64,000 bases of DNA from Nemertoderma westbladi. Lineage: Eukaryota > Animalia > Xenacoelomorpha. Of the stretch, positions 1 through 14,340 are shown piece after piece. The notes beneath the pieces were generated by a model. That model ran no database searches, had not been told where the DNA came from, and worked only from the letters and a program-made list of their open reading frames with translations. Location: NCBI GenBank assembly GCA_032718475.1, contig JAUCBJ010009041.1, positions 62,001-126,000 of the forward strand, in the 5' to 3' direction. Every line of letters begins with the position of its first letter. Within the stretch, counting starts at the first letter, position 1. Made by a program: the position numbers and the translations under genes.

Positions 1-3000
1 TAGTTATTCCGTGCCCCAATATAGTTAGTTCGTCACCAAATATAGTTAGTTCGTCACCAAATATAGTTATTCCGTGCCCCAATATAGTTAGTTCGTCACC
101 AAATATAGTTATTCCGTGCCCCAATATAGTTAGTTCGTCACCAAATATAGTTAGTTCGTCACCAAATATAGTTAGTTCGTCACCAAATATAGTTATTCCG
201 TGCCCCAATATAGTTAGTTCGTCACCAAATATAGTTAGTTCGTCACCAAATATAGTTAGTTCCGTGCCCCAATATAGTTAGTTCGTCACCAAATATAGTT
301 AGTTCGTCACCAAATATAGTTATTCCGTGCCCCAATATAGTTAGTTCGTCACCAAATATAGTTATTCCGTGCCCCAATATAGTTAGTTCGTCACCAAATA
401 TAGCTATTCCGTGCCCCAATATAGTTAGTTCGTCACCAAATATAGTTATTCCGTGCCCCAATATAGTTAGTTCATCACCAAATATAGTTATTCCGTGCCC
501 CAATATAGTTAGTTCGTCACCAAATATAGTTAGTTCGTCACCAAATATAGTTAGTTCGTCACCAAATATAGTTAGTTCGTCACCAAATATAGTTAGTTCG
601 TCACCAAATATAGTTAGTTCGTCACCAAATATAGTTAGTTCGTCACCAAATATAGTTATTCCGTGCCCCAATATAGTTAGTTCGTCACCAAATATAGTTA
701 TTCCGTGCCCCAATATAGTTAGTTCGTCACCAAATATAGTTAGTTCGTCACCAAATATAGTTATTCCGTGCCCCAATATAGTTAGTTCGTCACCAAATAT
801 AGTTAGTTCGTCACCAAATATAGTTATTCCGTGCCCCAATATAGTTAGTTCGTCACCAAATATAGTTAGTTCGTCACCAAATATAGTTAGTTCGTCACCA
901 AATATAGTTATTCCGTGCCCCAATATAGTTAGTTCGTCACCAAATATAGTTAGTTCGTCACCAAATATAGTTATTCCGTGCCCCAATATAGTTAGTTCGT
1001 CACCAAATATAGTTATTCCGTGCCCCAATATATATAGTTAGTTGGTCACCAAATATAGTTATTCCGTGCCCCAATATAGTTAGTTCGTCACCAAATATAG
1101 TTATTCCGTGCCCCAATATAGTTAGTTCGTCACCAAATATAGCTATTCCGAGCCCCAATATAGTTAGTTCGTCACCAAATATAGTTAGTTCGTCACCAAA
1201 TATAGTTATTCCGTGCCCCAATATAGTTAGTTCGTCACCAAATATAGTTATTCCGTGCCCCAATATAGTTAGTTCGTCACCAAATATAGCTATTCCGAGC
1301 CCCAATATAGTTAGTTCGTCACCAAATATAGCTATTCCGAGCCCCAATATAGTTAGTTCGTCACCAAATATAGATATTCCGTGCCCCAATATAGTTAGTT
1401 CGTCACCAAATATAGTTATTCCGTGCCCCAATATAGTTAGTTCGTCACCAAATATAGCTATTCCGAGCCCCAATATAGTTAGTTCGTCACCAAATATAGT
1501 TATTCCGTGCCCCAATATAGTTAGTTCGTCACCAAATATAGTTATTCCGTGCCCCAATATATATAGTTAGTTGGTCACCAAATATAGTTATTCCGTGCCC
1601 CAATATAGTTAGTTCGTCACCAAATATAGTTATTCCGTGCCCCAATATAGTTAGTTCGTCACCAAATATAGTTATTCCGTGCCCCAATATAGTTAGTTCG
1701 TCACCAAATATAGTTAGTTCGTCACCAAATATAGTTATTCCGTGCCCCAATATAGTTAGTTCGTCACCAAATATAGTTATTCCGTGCCCCAATATAGTTA
1801 GTTCGTCACCAAATATAGTTAGTTCGTCACCAAATATAGTTATTCCGTGCCCCAATATAGTTAGTTCGTCACCAAATATAGTTAGTTCGTCACCAAATAT
1901 AGTTATTCCGTGCCCCAATATAGTTAGTTCGTCACCAAATATAGTTAGTTCGTCACCAAATATAGTTATTCCGTGCCCCAATATAGTTAGTTCGTCACCA
2001 AATATAGTTAGTTCGTCACCAAATATAGTTATTCCGTGCCCCAATATAGTTAGTTCGTCACCAAATATAGTTATTCCGTGCCCCAATATAGTTAGTTCGT
2101 CACCAAATATAGTTATTCCGTGCCCCAATATATATAGTTAGTTGGTCACCAAATATAGTTATTCCGTGCCCCAATATAGTTAGTTCGTCACCAAATATAG
2201 TTATTCCGTGCCCCAATATAGTTAGTTCGTCACCAAATATAGCTATTCCGAGCCCCAATATAGTTAGTTCGTCACCAAATATAGTTATTCAGTGCCCCAA
2301 TATATATAGTTAGTTGGTCACCAAATATAGTTATTCCGTGCCCCAATATAGTTAGTTCGTCACCAAATATAGTTATTCCGTGCCCCAATATAGTTAGTTC
2401 GTCACCAAATATAGTTAGTTCGTCACCAAATATAGTTAGTTCGTCACCAAATATAGTTATTCCGTGCCCCAATATAGTTAGTTCGTCACCAAATATAGTT
2501 ATTCAGTGCCCCAATATATATAGTTAGTTGGTCACCAAATATAGTTATTCCGTGCCCCAATATAGTTAGTTCGTCACCAAATATAGTTATTCCGTGCCCC
2601 AATATAGTTAGTTCGTCACCAAATATAGTTAGTTCGTCACCAAATATAGTTAGTTCGTCACCAAATATAGTTATTCCGTGCCCCAATATAGTTAGTTCGT
2701 CACCAAATATAGTTATTCCGTGCCCCAATATAGTTAGTTCGTCACCAAATATAGTTATTCCGTGCCCCAATATAGTTAGTTCGTCACCACATATAGTTAG
2801 TTCGTCACCAAATATAGTTATTCCGTGCCCCAATATAGTTAGTTCGTCACCAAATATAGTTATTCCGTGCCCCAATATAGTTAGATCGTCACCAAATATA
2901 GTTAGTTCGTCACCAAATATAGTTAGTTCGTCACCAAATATAGATATTCCGTGCCCCAATATAGTTAGTTCGTCACCAAATATAGTTATTCCGTGCCCCA

Positions 3001-6000
3001 ATATAATTAGTTCGTCACCAAATATAGCTATTCCGTGCCCCAATATAGTTAGTTCGTCACCAAATATAGTTATTCCGTGCCCCAATATAGTTAGTTCGTC
3101 ACCAAATATAGTTAGTTCGTCACCAAATATAGTTATTCCGTGCCCCAATATAGTTAGTTCGTCACCAAATATAGTTAGTTCGTCACCAAATATAGTTAGT
3201 TCGTCACCAAATATAGATATTCCGTGCCCCAATATAGTTAGTTCGTCACCAAATATAGTTATTCCGTGCCCCAATATAATTAGTTCGTCACCAAATATAG
3301 CTATTCCGTGCCCCAATATAGTTAGTTCGTCACCAAATATAGTTAGTTCGTCACCAAATATAGTTATTCCGTGCCCCAATATAGTTAGTTCGTCACCAAA
3401 TATAGTTATTCCGTGCCCCAATATAATTAGTTCGTCACCAAATATAGCTATTCCGTGCCCCAATATAGTTAGTTCGTCACCAAATATAGTTAGTTCGTCA
3501 CCAAATATAGTTATTCCGTGCCCCAATATAGTTAGTTCGTCACCAAATATAGTTATTCCGTGCCCCAATATAGTTAGTTCGTCACCAAATATAGTTATTC
3601 CGTGCCCCAATATAATTAGTTCGTCACCAAATATAGCTATTCCGTGCCCCAATATATATAGTTAGTTGGTCACCAAATATAGTTAGTTCGTCACCAAATA
3701 TAGTTATTCCGTGCCCCAATATAGTTAGTTCATCACCAAATATAGTTATTCCGTGCCCCAATATAGTTATTCCGTGCCCCAATATAGTTAGTTCGTCACC
3801 AAATATAGTTATTCCGTGCCCCAATATAGTTAGTTCGTCACCAAATATAGTTAGTTCGTCACCAAATATAGTTATTCCGTGCCCCAATATAGTTAGTTCG
3901 TCACCAAATATAGTTATTCCGTGCCCCAATATAGTTAGTTCGTCACCAAATATAGCTATTCCGTGCCCCAATATAGTTAGTTCGTCACCACATATAGTTA
4001 GTTCGTCACCAAATATAGTTATTCCGTGCCCCAATATAGTTAGTTCGTCACCAAATATAGTTAGTTCGTCACCAAATATAGTTATTCCGTGCCCCAATAT
4101 AGTTAGTTCGTCACCAAATATAGTTATTCCGTGCCCCAATATAGTTAGTTCGTCACCAAATATAGTTATTCCGTGCCCCAATATATATAGTTAGTTGGTC
4201 ACCAAATATAGTTATTCCGTGCCCCAATATAGTTATTCCGTGCCCCAATATAGTTAGTTCGTCACCAAATATAGTTATTCCGTGCCCCAATATAGTTAGT
4301 TCGTCACCACATATAGTTAGTTCGTCACCAAATATAGTTAGTTCGTCACCAAATATAGTTATTCCGTGCCCCAATATAGTTAGTTCGTCACCAAATATAG
4401 TTAGTTCGTCACCAAATATAGTTATTCCGTGCCCCAATATATATAGTTAGTTTGTCACCAAATATAGTTAGTTCGTCACCAAATATAGTTATTCCGTGCC
4501 CCAATATAGTTAGTTCGTCACCAAATATAGCTATTCCGTGCCCCAATATAGTTAGTTCGTCACCACATATAGTTAGTTCGTCACCAAATATAGTTATTTC
4601 GTGCCCCAATATAGTTAGTTCGTCACCAAATATAGTTAGTTCGTCACCAAATATAGTTATTCCGTGCCCCAATATAGTTAGTTCGTCACCACATATAGTT
4701 AGTTCGTCACCAAATATAGTTATTCCGTGCCCCAATATAGTTAGTTCGTCACCAAATATAGTTAGTTCGTCACCAAATATAGTTATTCCGTGCCCCAATA
4801 TAGTTAGTTCGTCACCAAATATAGTTAGTTCGTCACCAAATATAGTTATTCCGTGCCCCAATATAGTTAGTTCGTCACCAAATATAGTTATTCCGTGCCC
4901 CAATATAGTTAGTTCGTCACCAAATATAGTTAGTTCGTCACCAAATATAGTTAGTTCGTCACCAAATATAGTTAGTTCGTCACCAAATATAGTTATTCCG
5001 TGCCCCAATATAGTTAGTTCGTCACCAAATATAGTTTTTCCGTGCCCCAATATAGTTAGTTCGTCACTAGTTAGTTCGTCACCAAATATAGTTATTCCGT
5101 GCCCCAATATAGTTAGTTCGTCACCAAATATAGTTATTCCGTGCCCCAATATATATAGTTAGTTGGTCACCAAATATAGTTAGTTCGTCACCAAATATAG
5201 TTATTCCGTGCCCCAATATAGTTAGTTCGTCACCAAATATAGTTATTCCGTGCCCCAATATAGTTAGTTCGTCACCAAATATAGTTAGTTCGTCACCAAA
5301 TATAGTTAGTTCGTCACCAAATATAGTTATTCCGTGCCCCAATATAGTTAGTTCGTCACCAAATATAGTTAGTTCGTCACCAAATATAGTTATTCCGTGC
5401 CCCAATATAGTTAGTTCGTCACCAAATATAGTTATTCCGTGCCCCAATATAGTTAGTTCGTCACCAAATATAGCTATTCCGTGCCCCAATATAGTTAGTT
5501 CGTCACCAAATATAGTTATTCCGTGCCCCAATATAGTTAGTTCATCACCAAATATAGTTATTCCGTGCCCCAATATAGTTAGTTCGTCACCAAATATAGT
5601 TAGTTCGTCACCAAATATAGTTATTCCGTGCCCCAATATAGTTAGTTCGTCACCAAATATAGTTAGTTCGTCACCAAATATAGTTAGTTCGTCACCAAAT
5701 ATAGTTAGTTCGTCACCAAATATAGTTAGTTCGTCACCAAATATAGTTAGTTCGTCACCAAATATAGTTAGTTCGTCACCAAATATAGTTAGTTCGTCAC
5801 CAAATATAGTTAGTTCGTCACCAAATATAGTTAGTTCGTCACCAAATATAGTTAGTTCGTCACCAAATATAGTTATTCCGTGCCCCAATATAGTTAGTTG
5901 GTCACCAAATATAGTTATTCCGTGCCCCAATATAGTTAGTTCGTCACCAAATATAGTTAGTTCGTCACCAAATATAGTTAGTTCGTCACCAAATATAGTT

Positions 6001-9000
6001 AGTTCGTCACCAAATATAGTTAGTTCGTCACCAAATATAGTTAGTTCGTCACCAAATATAGTTAGTTCGTCACCAAATATAGTTAGTTCGTCACCAAATA
6101 TAGTTATTCCGTGCCCCAATATAGTTAGTTCGTCACCAAATATAGTTATTCCGTGCCCCAATATAGTTAGTTCGTCACCAAATATAGTTAGTTCGTCACC
6201 AAATATAGTTATTCCGAGCCCCAATATAGTTAGTTCGTCACCAAATATAGTTAGTTCGTCACCAAATATAGTTATTCCGTGCCCCAATATAGTTAGTTCG
6301 TCACCAAATATAGTTAGTTCGTCACCAAATATAGTTATTCCGTGCCCCAATATAGTTAGTTCGTCACCAAATATAGTTAGTTCGTCACCAAATATAGTTA
6401 GTTCGTCACCAAATATAGTTAGTTCGTCACCAAATATAGTTAGTTCGTCACCAAATATAGTTAGTTCGTCACCAAATATAGTTAGTTCGTCACCAAATAT
6501 AGTTAGTTCGTCACCAAATATAGTTAGTTCGTCACCAAATATAGTTAGTTCGTCACCAAATATAGTTAGTTCGTCACCAAATATAATTATTCCGTGCCCC
6601 AATATAGTTAGTTGGTCACCAAATATAGTTATTCCGTGCCCCAATATAGTTAGTTCGTCACCAAATATAGTTAGTTCGTCACCAAATATAGTTAGTTCGT
6701 CACCAAATATAGTTAGTTCGTCACCAAATATAGTTAGTTCGTCACCAAATATAGTTAGTTCGTCACCAAATATAGTTAGTTCGTCACCAAATATAGTTAG
6801 TTCGTCACCAAATATAGTTATTCCGTGCCCCAATATAGTTAGTTCGTCACCAAATATAGTTATTCCGTGCCCCAATATAGTTAGTTCGTCACCAAATATA
6901 GTTAGTTCGTCACCAAATATAGTTATTCCGAGCCCCAATATAGTTAGTTCGTCACCAAATATAGTTAGTTCGTCACCAAATATAGTTATTCCGTGCCCCA
7001 ATATAGTTAGTTCGTCACCAAATATAGTTAGTTCGTCACCAAATATAGTTAGTTCGTCACCAAATATAGTTATTCCGTGCCCCAATATAGTTAGTTCGTC
7101 ACCAAATATAGTTAGTTCGTCACCAAATATAGTTATTCCGTGCCCCAATATAGTTAGTTCGTCACCAAATATAGTTATTCCGTGCCCCAATATATATAGT
7201 TAGTTGGTCACCAAATATAGTTATTCCGTGCCCCAATATAGTTAGTTCGTCACCAAATATAGTTATTCCGTGCCCCAATATAGTTAGTTCGTCACCAAAT
7301 ATAGCTATTCCGAGCCCCAATATAGTTAGTTCGTCACCAAATATAGTTAGTTCGTCACCAAATATAGTTATTCCGTGCCCCAATATAGTTAGTTCGTCAC
7401 CAAATATAGCTATTCCGAGCCCCAATATAGTTAGTTCGTCACCAAATATAGCTATTCCGAGCCCCAATATAGTTAGTTCGTCACCAAATATAGATATTCC
7501 GTGCCCCAATATAGTTAGTTCGTCACCAAATATAGATATTCCGTGCCCCAATATAGTTAGTTCGTCACCAAATATAGTTATTCCGTGCCCCAATATAGTT
7601 AGTTCGTCACCAAATATAGCTATTCCGAGCCCCAATATAGTTAGTTCGTCACCAAATATAGTTATTCCGTGCCCCAATATAGTTAGTTCGTCACCAAATA
7701 TAGTTATTCCGTGCCCCAATATATATAGTTAGTTGGTCACCAAATATAGTTATTCCGTGCCCCAATATAGTTAGTTCGTCACCAAATATAGTTATTCCGT
7801 GCCCCAATATAGTTAGTTCGTCACCAAATATAGTTAGTTCGTCACCAAATATAGTTATTCCGTGCCCCAATATAGTTAGTTCGTCACCAAATATAGTTAT
7901 TCCGTGCCCCAATATAGTTAGTTCGTCACCAAATATAGTTAGTTCGTCACCAAATATAGTTATTCCGTGCCCCAATATAGTTAGTTCGTCACCAAATATA
8001 GTTAGTTCGTCACCAAATATAGTTATTCCGTGCCCCAATATAGTTAGTTCGTCACCAAATATAGTTAGTTCGTCACCAAATATAGTTATTCCGTGCCCCA
8101 ATATAGTTAGTTCGTCACCAAATATAGTTAGTTCGTCACCAAATATAGTTATTCCGTGCCCCAATATAGTTAGTTCGTCACCAAATATAGTTATTCCGTG
8201 CCCCAATATAGTTAGTTCGTCACCAAATATAGTTATTCCGTGCCCCAATATATATAGTTAGTTGGTCACCAAATATAGTTATTCCGTGCCCCAATATAGT
8301 TAGTTCGTCACCAAATATAGTTATTCCGTGCCCCAATATAGTTAGTTCGTCACCAAATATAGCTATTCCGAGCCCCAATATAGTTAGTTCGTCACCAAAT
8401 ATAGTTATTCAGTGCCCCAATATATATAGTTAGTTGGTCACCAAATATAGTTATTCCGTGCCCCAATATAGTTAGTTCGTCACCAAATATAGTTATTCCG
8501 TGCCCCAATATAGTTAGTTCGTCACCAAATATAGTTAGTTCGTCACCAAATATAGTTAGTTCGTCACCAAATATAGTTATTCCGTGCCCCAATATAGTTA
8601 GTTCGTCACCAAATATAGTTATTCAGTGCCCCAATATATATAGTTAGTTGGTCACCAAATATAGTTATTCCGTGCCCCAATATAGTTAGTTCGTCACCAA
8701 ATATAGTTATTCCGTGCCCCAATATAGTTAGTTCGTCACCAAATATAGTTAGTTCGTCACCAAATATAGTTAGTTCGTCACCAAATATAGTTATTCCGTG
8801 CCCCAATATAGTTAGTTCGTCACCAAATATAGTTATTCCGTGCCCCAATATAGTTAGTTCGTCACCAAATATAGTTATTCCGTGCCCCAATATAGTTAGT
8901 TCGTCACCACATATAGTTAGTTCGTCACCAAATATAGTTATTCCGTGCCCCAATATAGTTAGTTCGTCACCAAATATAGTTATTCCGTGCTCCAATATAG

Positions 9001-12000
9001 TTAGATCGTCACCAAATATAGCTAGTTCGTCACCAAATATAGTTAGTTCGTCACCAAATATAGATATTCCGTGCCCCAATATAGTTAGTTCGTCACCAAA
9101 TATAGTTATTCCGTGCCCCAATATAATTAGTTCGTCACCAAATATAGCTATTCCGTGCCCCAATATAGTTAGTTCGTCACCAAATATAGTTATTCCGTGC
9201 CCCAATATAGTTAGTTCGTCACCAAATATAGTTAGTTCGTCACCAAATATAGTTATTCCGTGCCCCAATATAGTTAGTTCGTCACCAAATATAGTTAGTT
9301 CGTCACCAAATATAGTTAGTTCGTCACCAAATATAGATATTCCGTGCCCCAATATAGTTAGTTCGTCACCAAATATAGTTATTCCGTGCCCCAATATAAT
9401 TAGTTCGTCACCAAATATAGCTATTCCGTGCCCCAATATAGTTAGTTCGTCACCAAATATAGTTAGTTCGTCACCAAATATAGTTATTCCGTGCCCCAAT
9501 ATAGTTAGTTCGTCACCAAATATAGTTATTCCGTGCCCCAATATAATTAGTTCGTCACCAAATATAGCTATTCCGTGCCCCAATATAGTTAGTTCGTCAC
9601 CAAATATAGTTAGTTCGTCACCAAATATAGTTATTCCGTGCCCCAATATAGTTAGTTCGTCACCAAATATAGTTATTCCGTGCCCCAATATAATTAGTTC
9701 GTCACCAAATATAGCTATTCCGTGCCCCAATATAGTTAGTTCGTCACCAAATATAGTTAGTTCGTCACCAAATATAGTTATTCCGTGCCCCAATATAGTT
9801 AGTTCGTCACCAAATATAGTTAGTTCGTCACCAAATATAGTTATTCCGTGCCCCAATATAGCTATTCCGTGCCCCAATATAGTTAGTTGGTCACCAAATA
9901 TAGTTAGTTCGTCACCAAATATAGTTATTCCGTGCCCCAATATAGTTAGTTCGTCACCAAATATAGTTATTCCGTGCCCCAATATAGTTATTCCGTGCCC
10001 CAATATAGTTAGTTCGTCACCAAATATAGTTATTCCGTGCCCCAATATAGTTAGTTCGTCACCAAATATAGTTAGTTCGTCACCAAATATAGTTATTCCG
10101 TGCCCCAATATAGTTAGTTCGTCACCAAATATAGTTATTCCGTGCCCCAATATAGTTAGTTCGTCACCAAATATAGCTATTCCGTGCCCCAATATATATA
10201 GTTAGTTGGTCACCAAATATAGTTAGTTCGTCACCAAATATAGTTATTCCGTGCCCCAATATAGTTAGTTCGTCACCAAATATAGTTAGTTCGTCACCAA
10301 ATATAGTTATTCCGTGCCCCAATATAGTTATTTCGTGCCCCAATATAGTTAGTTCGTCACCAAATATAGTTATTCCGTGCCCCAATATAGTTAGTTCGTC
10401 ACCAAATATAGTTATTCCGTGCCCCAATATAGTTAGTTCGTCACCAAATATAGTTATTCCGTGCCCCAATATAGTTAGTTCGTCACCAAATATAGCTATT
10501 CCGTGCCCCAATATATATAGTTAGTTGGTCACCAAATATAGTTAGTTCGTCACCAAATATAGTTATTCCGTGCCCCAATATAGTTAGTTCGTCACCAAAT
10601 ATAGTTATTCCGTGCCCCAATATAGTTATTCCGTGCCCCAATATAGTTAGTTCGTCACCAAATATAGTTATTCCGTGCCCCAATATAGTTAGTTCGTCAC
10701 CAAATATAGTTAGTTCGTCACCAAATATAGTTATTCCGTGCCCCAATATAGTTAGTTCGTCACCAAATATAGTTATTCCGTGCCCCAATATAGTTATTCC
10801 GTGCCCCAATATAGTTAGTTCGTCACCAAATATAGTTATTCCGTGCCCCAATATAGTTAGTTCGTCACCAAATATAGTTAGTTCGTCACCAAATATAGCT
10901 ATTCCGTGCCCCAATATAGTTAGTTCGTCACCAAATATAGTTATTCCGTGCCCCAATATAGTTAGTTCGTCACCAAATATAGTTATTCCGTGCCCCAATA
11001 TAGTTAGTTCGTCACCAAATATAGTTAGTTCGTCACCAAATATAGTTAGTTCGTCACCAAATATAGATATTCCGTGCCCCAATATAGTTAGTTCGTCACC
11101 AAATATAGTTATTCCGTGCCCCAATATAGTTAGTTCGTCACCAAATATAGTTATTCCGTGCCCCAATATAGTTAGTTCGTCACCAAATATAGTTATTCCG
11201 TGCCCCAATATAGTTAGTTCGTCACCAAATATAGTTATTCCGTGCCCCAATATAGTTAGTTCGTCACCAAATATAGTTAGTTCGTCACCAAATATAGTTA
11301 GTTCGTCACCAAATATAGATATTCCGTGCCCCAATATAGTTAGTTCGTCACCAAATATAGTTATTCCGTGCCCCAATATAATTAGTTCGTCACCAAATAT
11401 AGCTATTCCGTGCCCCAATATAGTTAGTTCGTCACCAAATATAGTTAGTTCGTCACCAAATATAGTTATTCCGTGCCCCAATATAGTTAGTTCGTCACCA
11501 AATATAGTTAGTTCGTCACCAAATATAGCTATTCCGTGCCCCAATATAGTTAGTTCGTCACCAAATATAGTTAGTTCGTCACCAAATATAGTTATTCCGT
11601 GCCCCAATATAGTTAGTTCGTCACCAAATATAGTTATTCCGTGGCCCAATATAATTAGTTCGTCACCAAATATAGCTATTCCGTGCCCCAATATAGTTAG
11701 TTCGTCACCAAATATAGTTAGTTCGTCACCAAATATAGTTATTCCGTGCCCCAATATAGTTAGTTCGTCACCAAATATAGTTATTCCGTGCCCCAATATA
11801 ATTAGTTCGTCACCAAATATAGCTATTCCGTGCCCCAATATAGTTAGTTCGTCACCAAATATAGTTAGTTCGTCACCAAATATAGTTAGTTCGTCACCAA
11901 ATATAGTTATTCCGTGCCCCAATATAGTTAGTTCGTCACCAAATATAGTTATTCCGTGCCCCAATATAATTAGTTCGTCACCAAATATAGCTATTCCGTG

Positions 12001-13370
12001 CCCCAATATAGTTAGTTCGTCACCAAATATAGTTAGTTCGTCACCAAATATAGTTAGTTCGTCACCAAATATAGTTATTCCGTGCCCCAATATAGTTAGT
12101 TCGTCACCAAATATAGTTATTCCGTGCCCCAATATAGTTAGTTCGTCACCAAATATAGTTAGTTCGTCACCAAATATAGTTAGTTCGTCACCAAATATAG
12201 TTATTCCGTGCCCCAATATAGTTAGTTCGTCACCAAATATAGTTATTCCGTGCCCCAATATAATTAGTTCGTCACCAAATATAGCTATTCCGTGCCCCAA
12301 TATAGTTAGTTCGTCACCAAATATAGTTATTCCGTGCCCCAATATAGTTAGTTCGTCACCAAATATAGTTATTCCGTGCCCCAATATAGTTAGTTCGTCA
12401 CCAAATATAGTTATTCCGTGCCCCAATATAGTTAGTTGGTCACCAAATATAGTTATTCCGTGCCCCAATATAGTTAGTTCGTCACCAAATATAGTTATTC
12501 CGTGCCCCAATATAGTTAGTTCGTCACCAAATATAGTTATTCCGTGCCCCAATATAGTTAGTTCGTCACCAAATATAGTTATTCCGTGCCCCAATATATA
12601 TAGTTAGTTGGTCACCAAATATAGTTATTCCGTGCCCCAATATAGTTAGTTCGTCACCAAATATAGTTATTCCGTGCCCCAATATAGTTAGTTGGTCACC
12701 AAATATAGTTATTCCGTGCCCCAATATAGTTAGTTCGTCACCAAATATAGTTATTCCGTGCCCCAATATAGTTAGTTCGTCACCAAATATAGTTATTCCG
12801 TGCCCCAATATATATAGTTAGTTGGTCACCAAATATAGTTATTCCGTGCCCCAATATAGTTAGTTGGTCACCAAATATAGTTATTCCGTGCCCCAATATA
12901 GTTAGTTCGTCACCAAATATAGTTATTCCGTGCCCCAATATAGTTAGTTCGTCACCAAATATAGTTATTCCGTGCCCCAATATAGTTAGTTCGTCACCAA
13001 ATATAGTTATTCCGTGCCCCAATATATATAGTTAGTTGGTCACCAAATATAGTTATTCCGTGCCCCAATATAGTTAGTTCGTCACCAAATATAGTTATTC
13101 CGTGCCCCAATATATATAGTTAGTTGGTCACCAAATATAGTTATTCCGTGCCCCAATATAGTTAGTTCGTCACCAAATATAGTTAGTTCGTCACCAAATA
13201 TAGTTATTCCGTGCCCCAATATAGTTAGTTCGTCACCAAATATAGTTATTCCGTGCCCCAATATAGTTAGTTCGTCACCAAATATAGTTAGTTCGTCACC
13301 AAATATAGTTATTCCGTGCCCCAATATAGTTAGTTCGTCACCAAATATAGCTATTCCGTGCCCCAATAGT
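1..13370. repeat. Tandem satellite of two 21-bp monomers: A=AATATAGTTAGTTCGTCACCA, B=AATATAGTTATTCCGTGCCCC; runs off the left edge
   Basis: Read directly: both monomers share AATATAGTTA and follow each other irregularly for ~630 units; abrupt end near 13370. The long ORFs (IFGDELT/ILGHGIT) result from the 21-bp period. Confidence 0.99.
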
Positions 13371-14040
13371 TATTTTTGAAGGATAAATGCCATATTTTAT
13401 GTACGAATCCCCAGATTTTGGTATTATTGGCATCAACAATTATGTGTTCTTTGGGGCGGGTTTAGGTCGAATTATTTTCATGTAAACAATGACACTAATA
13501 AGGGAGGAATAGTTGAATTATCTCTCCTTATTGGTATAGTTTGTACATAGATGATCTAAGTAAATAAGGCTGTCGGTAAGTACTAAGTAATATTGGTTGG
13601 AATATGTCAGGTTATCATTTCATCAATGGTGATGATCTATAGGTTTTCGTGCTCTGTAAATTATAGTTAATCTACAGAAAACTAAATGTATCATATTTTT
13701 CCCTAAATCGCGCAATAGTACGATATAGTAAGTAAAGTTATACTGAATGGGTGCAAATATATTACAGTATACAGTTAATATAAATAAATACTTAGGCCAT
13801 AATTATATTATGCAGCTTTAGATGGTAATACGACAACTACGAGATTTTTACAGACATGATATGATAATATTATTATTGTTATGAATTATTTCCAATAGCA
13901 GTTAAAACTCGGTTATTTCGTATTCGTAGCTTTTGTACTCTGTTCTACTGTAACTGTGTTCTATTACTCTAGTAGTCTACATAACAAACTTCGAGTGGCC
14001 TAACAATGGGGGACGACGTTTATTTGATTTTACTTTTTGA

Positions 14041-14062
14041 TTAACGTTTTTCATGTTTGTCT
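14041..14062 (-). CDS. HSF: Heat shock factor, probable terminal exon 5: (R)DKHEKR-stop
   Basis: After a 45-nt GT-AG intron the frame reads RDKH (cf. HSF1 LRQKH), then reaches TAA at 14043-14041. Confidence 0.6.
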
Positions 14063-14107
14063 CTATATTAATTCCCTACGATATTTCGCCCACCAAAATC
14101 AACTCAC

Positions 14108-14217
14108 CTTAACTGCGTTATTTCGTCCCATAACGCAACATTCTCTTGTTTCAGCTCATCCACCTCCACACCCATATTAACTTGTTGTCCGCGAATTCGC
14201 TCCACTTCTCGCATTAC
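14108..14217 (-). CDS. HSF: Heat shock factor, exon 4 (HR-A heptad repeat)
   Basis: Manual translation VMREVERIRGQQVNMGVEVDELKQENVALWDEITQL(R) resembles HSF1 ...MKHENEALWREVASLR; acceptor ctattag, donor AG|gtgagt. Not in the ORF track. Confidence 0.88.
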
Positions 14218-14264
14218 CTAATAGAATGAAATAAATGAGTTTAAGGGAAGTACCGGTACACAAC

Positions 14265-14340
14265 GGCAGTCAGGCTTGTTCTAGCTTCTTTGGTTCCGGT
14301 CAAAAGGTCCTGGGTTCGAGGCCCAAAGGAGGCCAGGGAA
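14265..14340 (+). mobile_element. Degenerate tRNA-like/SINE head in HSF intron
   Basis: B-box-like GGTCCTGGGTTCGAGGCCC; no convincing A box or cloverleaf. Confidence 0.3.

Noticed and set aside
1-13370. Long repetitive ORFs (up to 703 aa) or a CRISPR-like array
   Set aside because: A 21-bp period gives stop-free frames automatically; starts are non-ATG and frames are broken by 4-bp insertions. Only two alternative 'spacers' exist, there are no cas genes and the context is eukaryotic.
1-13370. Satellite as an array of heat-shock elements for the adjacent HSF
   Set aside because: Each monomer has one TTC on the same strand; no alternating nGAAnnTTCn arrangement.
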